A stretch of DNA of 64,000 nucleotides from an uncultured Clostridia bacterium (GTDB taxonomy: Bacteria; Bacillota; Clostridia; Oscillospirales; CAG-272), in NCBI GenBank assembly GCA_946407735.1, contig CAMJPL010000001.1, forward strand, positions 88,182 to 152,181, read 5' to 3'. The notes under the pieces are model-generated. The model was not told where the DNA came from. It saw only the letters and a program-made list of their open reading frames with translations, and searched no databases. Shown piece by piece: positions 48,372-56,717 of this stretch (within the stretch, counting starts at the first letter, position 1; each line of letters begins with the position of its first letter). The position numbers and the translations under genes are program-made.

Positions 48372-49922
48372 ATGAATGCCGGGATACTGAGCGACTATGT
48401 CGACAGAGTTTACGCCTTTGCGGTGAAGCGGACGTTTTCCGAGGAAGAAGCGGCCGATCTTTCTCAGGAAATACTCTGTACCGCGATGGAATCGCTGCCG
48501 AAGCTGCGAGACGAGAGCCGCTTCGAGCCGTGGCTCTGGGGGATCGCGAAAAACGTGGCAAGGACATTCAGCAGAAGAATGGGAAAGCAGCGCGTGATGT
48601 TCGGCTACGATCTTCCGCCGGACCTTGCGGCGGAAGAATATGAGGACGATGACAGCAGCGAGCTCTATTCTCTGCTGCGGCTCAGGATATCGCGTTTGTC
48701 GGCGTTATACCGCGAAATCATCATTCTATACTATTATGACGGCCTTTCGACAAAAGCCATTGCCCAAAAACTCTCCGTCCCGGAGGGGACAGTAACGTGG
48801 AGGCTGTCCGAGGCGAGGCGGAAGATCAAAAAGGAGTTTGATGAAATGGAATTTGAGCAGACTGCGTTAAGACCGGTCGTGATGAGGATAACCATCACCG
48901 GCAGCGGGAATTATGACGGCATAAAAGTACCGTTCCCATCAGATTATATAAGCGACGCGCTTTCGCAGAACATTCTCTTTCAGTGCATGGAAGAAGCGAA
49001 AAGCGTGGAGGAGCTTTCGAAAATCTGCGGGGTCCCGGCTTATTATATCGAAGAGCGAATCGATAATCTTCTGAGGCGCGAAGCGGTAAAAGAAACCGCG
49101 AAAGGAAGATTTATTACCGATTTCTGGGTGAAGACGGACAAATATGCACAATATCTGGATGAAAACGCCGAGAAAGCCGTTGCGCCCGTGAAAGACGCTG
49201 TGATCGAAGCGATCCGGTGTCTGACTGAAGAATCGCGAAAAACAGGATATTATACCGCAAAAAAAAGCGATGACGAGCTCTTTTATCTTTGCGCATGGCT
49301 GGGATTTGAGCATATGAGCTACAGGTGTCCGAGAGTTCCGTATAAGCCGCACGCGGAAAAATACGACGGCTATCGCTGGGATTATATCGGAGATATGCGT
49401 ACGGGAACTTACCGCGATTTCAGTCTCGGCAGCAGTGCGTCCATGAACAACTTCGAAAGCGGAAAGTATTCGCATTTTAATTTATTCGCTTTCGGTTATG
49501 ACTGGCATCAGATGATGAAAGACTATATGATCGACGTCTGCGTAAAAGTACTCAAGGGAGAAGAACCGGAGGATAAGTCGTCCGCGGCAGAAGCTATCCG
49601 CGACGGGTATCTTGTACGAAACGGCGACGGCACGCTTTATGTCGCCGCGCCAGCGTTCACACGCAGACAGAAGGATGATTTCAATGAGCTTACAGACAAA
49701 ATATTCGCGCCGCTCTTTGAGCAGTATGTCGGCATCGTTGTAAAGTTCGCGTCAGGCTACAGGGAACTGTTCCCGAAGCATCTGCCTGACGCTGCGGACA
49801 GAGCATGCCGCGGATTATTCATGCATCTGCTCAACGCGCTGATACTGTCCGCGCAGGGAGACGGTATTTTGAAGCCTCCCGCGTCCGGCAAAGTATTGGA
49901 TGTGTTGATCGAAAACAGATAA
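48372..49922 (+). CDS. ECF-type sigma-70 family factor with long C-terminal extension
   Basis: Sigma2-like YVDRVYAFAVKRTFSEEEAADLSQEILCTAMESLPKLRDESRFEPWLWGIAKN; sigma4-like LYREIIILYYYDGLSTKAIAQKLSVPEGTVTWRLSEARRKIKKE; ~350 aa extension. Confidence 0.85.
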   Translation: MNAGILSDYVDRVYAFAVKRTFSEEEAADLSQEILCTAMESLPKLRDESRFEPWLWGIAKNVARTFSRRMGKQRVMFGYDLPPDLAAEEYEDDDSSELYSLLRLRISRLSALYREIIILYYYDGLSTKAIAQKLSVPEGTVTWRLSEARRKIKKEFDEMEFEQTALRPVVMRITITGSGNYDGIKVPFPSDYISDALSQNILFQCMEEAKSVEELSKICGVPAYYIEERIDNLLRREAVKETAKGRFITDFWVKTDKYAQYLDENAEKAVAPVKDAVIEAIRCLTEESRKTGYYTAKKSDDELFYLCAWLGFEHMSYRCPRVPYKPHAEKYDGYRWDYIGDMRTGTYRDFSLGSSASMNNFESGKYSHFNLFAFGYDWHQMMKDYMIDVCVKVLKGEEPEDKSSAAEAIRDGYLVRNGDGTLYVAAPAFTRRQKDDFNELTDKIFAPLFEQYVGIVVKFASGYRELFPKHLPDAADRACRGLFMHLLNALILSAQGDGILKPPASGKVLDVLIENR

Positions 49923-50128
49923 GAAACAGAAGGGCGGGGAGATTGCCTCCCCGCCCCCGCGTTTTTCCGGCGCAGGCGGGAGTGATGATGCCATCTGCGT
50001 TTCGTGCCGGAAAAATATTGTCTTTCACAGCTGACGTAAAACACATGGAAACCGCTCTGCGATTTCCGAAGCCCGGTCCATGAAAAATAATAAGCCCTAA
50101 GCGACACCTTTTGGAATCGCTTAGGGCC

Positions 50129-50211
50129 TGGTGCGGGTAACAGGGATCGAACCTGCACGTGAAAACACAAGATCCTAAATCTTGCGCGTCTGCCAATTCC
50201 GCCATACCCGC
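50129..50211 (-). tRNA. tRNA-Leu, anticodon UAG (CCA encoded)
   Basis: Minus strand GCGGGTATGGCGGAATTGGCAGACGCGCAAGATTTAGGATCTTGTGTTTTCACGTGCAGGTTCGATCCCTGTTACCCGCACCA; 7-bp acceptor stem pairs. Confidence 0.95.
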
Positions 50212-50215
50212 GTAT
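50173..50215. repeat. 43-bp direct repeat / attachment site (integrase-proximal)
   Basis: TCCTAAATCTTGCGCGTCTGCCAATTCCGCCATACCCGCGTAT, identical to 55086-55128. Confidence 0.95.
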
Positions 50216-50335
50216 TCCCGTGAGACCTTGTATTTAAAGGGCTAACACGGTATTTGAATTTATTTCGTTCTTATGTAATGGCATACGGTCTGCCATTGTT
50301 TTTTGAGCTTTTTCTGTGTGAGTCTGCCAATATTA

Positions 50336-51700
50336 TCACATAGAGCCTGTTATAATATTCGTCATCGTAGAGACGCAAGCCCTTTCGGAAGTCGTTTTCA
50401 AGTGCCCGTAAATGTTGACTGTCGTTTGTATGTCGCTGTGTCCGAGAAGTTTCTGTATCTTCTCTATCGGCACACCGTGTTCATGTAATATTTTCGTTAC
50501 TGTGTGACGCAAATCATGAAATCTGATATGCGGCATACCGCAGTCATCGAGCATCTTTGAATACATCTGGGATAAGCAGTTCGGCTTTATTATCTTTCCC
50601 GCATTCGGTTTCTTCGTCCTCAAGCAGATATAATCCGACCACTCAGAATTATAGTCCGGTATCGTTTCCGCTCTTTCTTTCTGCTGTTCCTTTTCGGTTT
50701 TGAGAATATCGAGCAGCGTATCGTCAATCTCTATACCTCTGAGAGATGAAGCCGTTTTTCCTTTCGGTTCCCATAACAAGCCGTCTATCGCATCTTCCGT
50801 TTTTACTCTGTCTTTAAGCTGTCCTCTGACGTATAACAACTTATTATCAAAGTCGATATCTTTCCACCTCAAGCCGAGAACTTCACTTCGCCTCATCGCA
50901 GTTATCGACGCAAGCAAAATAGGTATGTATAATCCCGTTTCCTTCGCATAGTTTATGAGCTTATACACCTGATCTTCGCTGTATGTCTCGGCGTAGTATT
51001 TTTCTTTCTTCGGCAAAGTAACTTTATCAGCAGGGTTATTGACGATAATATCTTTGAAATATGCGTCTTTTAATGCGCTTTTAATGAGCGCATGATAGCG
51101 TCTTATCGTCTCATTCTTTATGCCTCTTTCCTCTTTTATGTCTGAATAGAATTGTTCGAGCTGATAAGCGTTGATCTCTTTCAGCTTGACATCGTATTGC
51201 GAGAAATAAGGCACAATAACTCCACGGATATTGTATTCGTAAGATGAAAATGTCGATAGCTCTATCGTGTTCCTTTTCTTCTCCAACCAAAAATCCATGT
51301 ATCCCGAGAATTGCATTTCCGCGATATCTTTCTGAACGTCGGATTTGGGGAAGGTTTTCTTTTCTGACTTTGCGGCTTTGGGTTTATCGTCGATGTTGAA
51401 GTCGAGAATATGCCCCGTCTTCATCTCTTTTGCTTCCCATTCCGCCTTTTTGCTCTGCATCATCCTTTCTGCTATGGGTCTATTTTCTTCTGTTGCTGAA
51501 AGTCCTGTTCCGATTGTTTTCCTTTGACGCTTGCCGTAAATGGTATGGTCTAAGACGATGTACCATTTGCCTTTCTGATCGTCAAGTCTTGCTTTCAAAT
51601 TTTCGCCGTTCCTTTTTTTGCAACAGCCATCGGCAGAAGATATTATATCATAATCTTGCGCGTCTGTCAAGTTTGTACCGTTAAAATCCTTAGTAAACAA
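50336..51700 (-). CDS. int: Tyrosine recombinase/integrase
   Basis: ITAMRRSEVLGLRWKDIDF, IRFHDLRHTVTKILHEHG, IQKLLGHSDIQTTVNIYGHL (R...HxxR...H/Y residues). Confidence 0.95.
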   Translation of the reverse strand: MFTKDFNGTNLTDAQDYDIISSADGCCKKRNGENLKARLDDQKGKWYIVLDHTIYGKRQRKTIGTGLSATEENRPIAERMMQSKKAEWEAKEMKTGHILDFNIDDKPKAAKSEKKTFPKSDVQKDIAEMQFSGYMDFWLEKKRNTIELSTFSSYEYNIRGVIVPYFSQYDVKLKEINAYQLEQFYSDIKEERGIKNETIRRYHALIKSALKDAYFKDIIVNNPADKVTLPKKEKYYAETYSEDQVYKLINYAKETGLYIPILLASITAMRRSEVLGLRWKDIDFDNKLLYVRGQLKDRVKTEDAIDGLLWEPKGKTASSLRGIEIDDTLLDILKTEKEQQKERAETIPDYNSEWSDYICLRTKKPNAGKIIKPNCLSQMYSKMLDDCGMPHIRFHDLRHTVTKILHEHGVPIEKIQKLLGHSDIQTTVNIYGHLKTTSERACVSTMTNIITGSM

Positions 51701-51854
51701 CTGCTAATCACTCCTTGTAATTGTAAACTCTTGAACATAAAATGTCCGAATAAATAACTACTGTTCATGAAATTATGGTTAGAGATATCTAACATGAACG
51801 TAAAAATGCCGCATAATTCACACTATGCGGGTGATGATATTCATAATATGCGTT

Positions 51855-51902
51855 AATATACATCGAATATGCAGAAAATATACATCAACGAAAATGTATA
51901 TT
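51855..51902. repeat. Iteron-like AATATACAT repeats (two direct, one inverted)
   Basis: AATATACATC at 51855 and 51877 (22-bp spacing), ATGTATATT at 51894-51902. Confidence 0.7.
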
Positions 51903-52247
51903 GCCGAAAATTATTTTCCGAAAAAGTCCGAATTGCGATTTATCCAGTAAATATAAGGCTTAATGCGATTCGCCGTTTTATATTAAAGTCCCATTTTGTA
52001 TAATGTAACGCCGTTTGAACGAAGTATTGAATTTTATGCTATCTTTGACTTTCTGACCTTCAGAAAAGCAGACTCAGCCGTTTATATTTCAGAAATATAT
52101 TCATCGGCAGATATCAATTCTCCGTTTCTTGCGCGTCTGCCGTGAGCCTTTGCAAGGCATAAAAACAGCGCTTTGGGGAGAGAGAATAATATATCCCTCT
52201 CCCGTAAAATGTCTCATTTCAGCCTTAAAACGCGCATATGACGCTGA

Positions 52248-52448
52248 TCATGAGATATAATCTCTGAGCGCCGTCTCGCTGACGCTCCAACCGTTTCCGA
52301 GCTTAACGCCTCTTATCTCGCCTGTTCTGATCTTATTCAAAGCTGTCCGATAGTTCACTCCGAGTTTGTTTGCGACTTCCTCGGACGTGTACATCTTTAT
52401 GCTTTCGTTCTTGTTTGTCTGCTGATTGTGAATCTTGATTGTTCTCAT
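52248..52448 (-). CDS. Helix-turn-helix, excisionase-like DNA-binding protein
   Basis: MYTSEEVANKLGVNYRTALNKIRTGEIRGVKLGNGWSVSETALRDYI; start may be at internal MYTSEE. Confidence 0.82.
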   Translation of the reverse strand: MRTIKIHNQQTNKNESIKMYTSEEVANKLGVNYRTALNKIRTGEIRGVKLGNGWSVSETALRDYIS

Positions 52449-52519
52449 TTTTCGTGTCCCTTTCTTTATTCCGTTTCTCTTTCTTACCTCATGCCGCTGT
52501 TCATGAGGAATAATCTATC

Positions 52520-53644
52520 TCAATCTACAAGCTCTACGTTTGTCATAACGTAGTTTCCGCCCATAGAGTTATACCATTGAAATTGAACGATAGCTTTTCT
52601 CACAACGCCGTTGAGGGTATTTATCTCGGCGGTTTCGTCTTCCGCTGTTGTCCCCGCTAATTCCTCAACGTCCTTGCAATCGTCCATACGTTCAATTTTA
52701 AGTTCTTTTCGGGCTTTCTGAAATACACCGCCCATAGCCATAGCGTGACGATTCTTCAAAACTTTTGAGAGTGTCGATACCGTCGAATCAATAACGGCGT
52801 TCTGCTGAGAAAATATCTTCGTGTATTCCTTGCAGTCCTTATCGTTTATATCTCCCTTTCCGACGTATGCAGCCGTTTCAAGGGTCTGCTTCATGAGTTC
52901 CGAATAGTCCTCTGTACCCTCCGCAACGGGCTTTACGTTTACGCCTTTGTCGGGATTAATATATTTTCCTGTTATTCTGCCCCATGCCGATGTAAGCGTC
53001 TTTTGGAGAATGTCACACTCTCCCTGAGTGCGATAACTGTCTTTCTTAACGGCGACAATGGCGTGAATATGAGGGTGATATATAATCAATCGGTTTTTCA
53101 ATTCTCCGTAGTTTACCGTTATCTCAGTAGCCTTGAAAAAGCCGAGAGAGAATGAATTAAACTCTTTCGATTTTCTGAGTGCCGTCCATGCCCTTTCGAT
53201 ATTATCGTATTCGGAGTTCAGATTTTCGCCTGTTATTCTTCCGCTGACGGTAAGCGTGAGCAGAATAAAACTGTATTCTTCTGTATCGTTATAGAGATAG
53301 TCGACTATGTCCGAAAGATTTTTTCTCATCTTCCGATACTTGTTCCATGAGCAGAGAGCGCAGAGGCGATCTTCGCAGAACCATGCGGATTTGAATTTAC
53401 CCCGCGAGAATACGCCGTCTTTGTAAACAGCCTCATACCATATCGGAGTGCCGCAGCTTCTGCACCTGTCCGCTCTGTCTTTCTCGCCTAAACGGTACAG
53501 ACTGTCCGAGAGCTTAATATTCAGCCTTTTGCGGTCTTTAAAGCCGTTCTCTTTGTCGATGTCATATCGGCATTTCCGTTCAAGTTCGGATTTATTAATC
53601 CGTATTTTTTCTTCCGTCTGATTGACGGGCATTATTTTTTCCAT
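52520..53644 (-). CDS. rep: Rolling-circle replication initiator, Rep_1 (pC194/pUB110-like) family
   Basis: FILLTLTVSG (motif 1), YHPHIHAIVAV (HUH motif 2), ETAAYVGKGD (Tyr motif 3), CRSCGTPIW...CEDRLCALCSWNKYRK. Confidence 0.88.
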   Translation of the reverse strand: MEKIMPVNQTEEKIRINKSELERKCRYDIDKENGFKDRKRLNIKLSDSLYRLGEKDRADRCRSCGTPIWYEAVYKDGVFSRGKFKSAWFCEDRLCALCSWNKYRKMRKNLSDIVDYLYNDTEEYSFILLTLTVSGRITGENLNSEYDNIERAWTALRKSKEFNSFSLGFFKATEITVNYGELKNRLIIYHPHIHAIVAVKKDSYRTQGECDILQKTLTSAWGRITGKYINPDKGVNVKPVAEGTEDYSELMKQTLETAAYVGKGDINDKDCKEYTKIFSQQNAVIDSTVSTLSKVLKNRHAMAMGGVFQKARKELKIERMDDCKDVEELAGTTAEDETAEINTLNGVVRKAIVQFQWYNSMGGNYVMTNVELVD

Positions 53645-53697
53645 GAGCTTACGCTCCTTTCTGGTGATATATCATCCTTTCTTTTTTGAGATTTTAT

Positions 53698-53715
53698 AGT
53701 TATCATATGATAACT
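53698..53715. promoter_or_regulatory. Perfect 18-bp palindrome upstream of rep
   Basis: AGTTATCATATGATAACT. Confidence 0.6.
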
Positions 53716-54317
53716 TTGCTGAAAAGTGTAAGTCCGATTTATATAGATAAATACTGACTTTCTTGAAAAATCGCTGACACTTATCCGTAATATAACTTAA
53801 TCATGTAGAAAACCGAAATCTCAGCTTTTCGGAGAGAGGCATAACGTCAATTCGAGAATCAATCCGCCTTTGATACATGACAGCGGTCAACGTGTGTCTG
53901 AGCGGATTTCTCTCTCCTATTAAATCAAATGACTCAAAAACTCATCAGCCCTTGTAAATGCTGAATAAATCAGTTGTAAGAAGATTGTGCCACCACCCCG
54001 AAAACGGCGATTTTTGTATATTTTCCGTATCTCTATCGTCACTTCATGGCGGTCTGCTGATATGCCGTTGTCATTCTAATATATTCTACTGTCGGCTGAG
54101 TGTTGTTCCGTAGTCGATTGATTGCGGCTTTCTCTCCTATACCGAAAAATACCACAAGACAACAAACGCAGATAAATACTACATAAATCAATGGTCATTT
54201 ACTTTAGTTTACTAAAAATTGGGTGCTTTTTTGTATGTTTTTACGTTCGGATAGACTCTTAAAATCTTAAAAAGTTGCGAATATTAATATAACAGTTAAA
54301 AGTATCTAACCCATAAA

Positions 54318-54344
54318 CAAAAAAGGCCGTCATTTCTGACGGTC
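54318..54344 (-). terminator. Minus-strand intrinsic terminator downstream of the 147-aa gene
   Basis: Minus strand GACCGTCA-gaaa-TGACGGCCTTTTTT. Confidence 0.85.
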
Positions 54345-54495
54345 GTATCGTTCGATCTTTGATCTCTGCATCTGCTGTACCATTATCGGATGAATAAGCG
54401 ATACAGCTTAAAACGTGTAATGTACCCCCCGTATCGAGCGCAAATATAAAACCGTGGGCTTAGTCTGTCCACGGTCTTGTAGTTATGTTCGATTG

Positions 54496-54939
54496 TTATT
54501 CCGCTTTGGAGTTCTGTATTCCTTCTCTGAGTTCCGCTGACGTTTCGATCAAGAAATCATATAGCTTACTCGCCGTTGCGAAATCGGAGAGCCTTAACAG
54601 CTTCATAAGCTGAACGGTGTCGATCTGGTAATCGTCTTCCTTTGATATTTCCCTGATTATGTTTTCTTCTCCTAAGGCGTTCACGGCGTCCTCATAGTCG
54701 ATATAGAGCGCGTAGCATATCTCTTGCAGATTATAGAATACTTCGAGCTTTTCTAAATCGGCATGTTGCATAGAGCCTATGATTACAGCAAGCAGGGAGT
54801 TCATGTCGCTGTCTATCCGCTGGTATTCCTCATCATCGGAATCGCAGGGAGAGACGCTGAATATCGGGTGTTCACCGCTGTCGTCTATGCCGAGAAGGTT
54901 ATAATCCTTTCCGTCAACGTGTACTTTCGTGTCTTTCAT
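54496..54939 (-). CDS. Hypothetical acidic 147-aa protein, element cargo
   Basis: Intact ORF with RBS-like GAGGTG a few nt upstream of ATG; no family recognised. Confidence 0.75.
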   Translation of the reverse strand: MKDTKVHVDGKDYNLLGIDDSGEHPIFSVSPCDSDDEEYQRIDSDMNSLLAVIIGSMQHADLEKLEVFYNLQEICYALYIDYEDAVNALGEENIIREISKEDDYQIDTVQLMKLLRLSDFATASKLYDFLIETSAELREGIQNSKAE

Positions 54940-55085
54940 TATCGCACCTCATAAAGATAAATAAGCTATGCCGATAGCTGTTGATAATCTCTGTGAAGTG
55001 AAATAAATTCAAAAAACAATACTAACGGATTTTCGAGCGCAGTGATTATGAAATTATATTAGATATATTGTTTCTAAATTGTTTC

Positions 55086-55128
55086 TCCTAAATCTTGCGC
55101 GTCTGCCAATTCCGCCATACCCGCGTAT
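55086..55128. repeat. 43-bp direct repeat / distal attachment site = truncated tRNA-Leu 5' half
   Basis: Identical to 50173-50215; contains tRNA 5' end through anticodon loop only. Confidence 0.95.
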
Positions 55129-55163
55129 GAATTTATCCCATGCCGCCGTATGCGGCGATGATT

Positions 55164-55192
55164 ATTATAACATATTTTCTTTCAGATGTCAA
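55164..55192 (-). promoter_or_regulatory. Consensus sigma-A promoter, probably the original tRNA-Leu promoter
   Basis: Minus strand TTGACA (55192-55187), 17-bp spacer, TATAAT (55169-55164), ~35 nt before the tRNA 5' end. Confidence 0.85.
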
Positions 55193-55423
55193 GATATGAT
55201 GTGTTTCCGCTTGAAAATCGCCGGAGGCATATTGACAAACGCACGGTGGAGGTATATAATGAAAGCGGCGCGATATCAGGGGCGCCTGCACAAAACCGGG
55301 AGGATTACGACATGATGATGTTCATGAAGCTGAGGAATATCTGACGGCATGAGGCTTTATCAGCAGTCTCATGCCATGAGCCGTGATATAACCAAGACTG
55401 CGTGATAAAAGAGGACATGACGA

Positions 55424-56521
55424 ATGATATTTCAGGATAATATCTTAAAGCGGTATCTGGAGAACGTATACTTTGTCGCCGGTACGGCGTGCGGCGGAAA
55501 GACGACCGTTTCACGGGCGCTCGGAGAACGCTACGGCATCCCGGTCTTCAGCGCCGATGAGATGTTCGGCAGACACCGGGAGATGTCGGACGCAGCGTTT
55601 CAGCCGAACATGAACAAGGCCTTCGCCGACGCCGACGAATTTTTCGGACGCACCTCCGGCGAGTATGAAAGCTGGCTCGACGGCTGCTCGGATGAGCAGC
55701 TCGGCTTCGTTCTGCTTGATCTTGTGAGGCTGTCCGGCGGCGGCAGGATGATATGCGACTGTAATCTTACGCCTTCTGCAGCCGCGATGATCACCGAGCC
55801 TTCGAGGACGGTCTTCCTTATAAGAGAGCCGTCCGGCGTCGAGCGCGAATATGCCGCCCGTCCCGACCATGAGGATTTCGGAAGATGGCTCGAAAGCGCC
55901 TCGGACCCGGACGCGGCCGCCGCCGTCTTCGGCGAAACGATCCGCAGGGTAAACGGAAAACTGTATGACGCCGTCAAAAGCAGCGGATGGTTCTTTATCG
56001 ACCGCGGCGAGGGATTGTCGGTCGGCGGGACGGTCGCGAGAGCGGCCGCGCATTTCGGCTTTTCCGGGCGAAAGGACGTCGCGGTGGAAAAGGTCGAAAA
56101 AGGCTCCACACTCGCCATTGAGCTTGTCAGCTTCATCGAGAACTGCTCATGGACCGAGGTGAAGGAGAATCTCGCGGGATTTCTGCGGGAATGGAGCTTT
56201 TCGGACGGCGAAGCTGTGTTCGCGGCGGTCTCGGACGGAAAGATCGTCGGAATGGCCGCGCTGAAGGAAACCGATTATTACCCTTTGCCGGATATCTTCC
56301 CGTGGGTCACCTGCCTGTTCGTGACCGAGGAATACCGCGGGCGCGGGATATGCGGCGAGCTTATCTCGCGCGCCAACTCATACGCGAAAACGCTCGGATA
56401 TGACAGAACATATATACCGTCGCCGCATCTCGGGCTGTACGAGCGGTACGGCTACAGATATGTGAGGGATATCGTGAATTACGGCGGAGAGACCGACCAT
56501 CTGTTCGTAAAGGAAATATAA
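55424..56521 (+). CDS. P-loop kinase-like domain fused to GNAT acetyltransferase domain
   Basis: VYFVAGTACGGKTTVSRALGERYGIPVFSADEMF; C-terminal ITCLFVTEEYRGRGICGELISRANSYAKTLGYDRTYIPSPHLGLYERYGYRYV-like GNAT motif. Confidence 0.82.
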   Translation: MIFQDNILKRYLENVYFVAGTACGGKTTVSRALGERYGIPVFSADEMFGRHREMSDAAFQPNMNKAFADADEFFGRTSGEYESWLDGCSDEQLGFVLLDLVRLSGGGRMICDCNLTPSAAAMITEPSRTVFLIREPSGVEREYAARPDHEDFGRWLESASDPDAAAAVFGETIRRVNGKLYDAVKSSGWFFIDRGEGLSVGGTVARAAAHFGFSGRKDVAVEKVEKGSTLAIELVSFIENCSWTEVKENLAGFLREWSFSDGEAVFAAVSDGKIVGMAALKETDYYPLPDIFPWVTCLFVTEEYRGRGICGELISRANSYAKTLGYDRTYIPSPHLGLYERYGYRYVRDIVNYGGETDHLFVKEI

Positions 56522-56548
56522 TCGCTTTATCTGCTCCGGTGGCATATC

Positions 56549-56589
56549 AGCGCGGCGCCGTTTTACCGTGAAACGGCGCCGCGCTTTTT
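56549..56589 (+). terminator. Intrinsic terminator
   Basis: AGCGCGGCGCCGTTT-taccgtg-AAACGGCGCCGCGCTTTTT. Confidence 0.9.
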
Positions 56590-56717
56590 GTTCGGCTCCG
56601 GGAATCGCGGTTCACTGCCGCTTAAACGGTATTTCAGAACAGCTGTCTTGACCATCCGCTTCGGTTATGGTATAATGAAACCACGCAGAAAAACAGCGGT
56701 GTTCCGGGAGGATGCAT

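Larger units (their letters stand above)
50173..55128 (-). mobile_element. Integrative element in tRNA-Leu(UAG), ~4.9 kb, carrying int, HTH, RCR rep and orphan gene
   Basis: 43-bp direct repeats at both ends, tyrosine integrase next to one end, Rep_1-like protein, clearly lower GC than flanks. Confidence 0.93.

Noticed and set aside
50216-50335. Substitute tRNA promoter within the element
   Set aside because: Only weak matches (for example TTCAAA...TAAATA on the minus strand) were seen; not reported as a promoter without TSS data.
55086-55128. Second tRNA gene
   Set aside because: Only the 5' half (acceptor 5' strand to anticodon loop) is present; it is an att duplication, not a functional tRNA.
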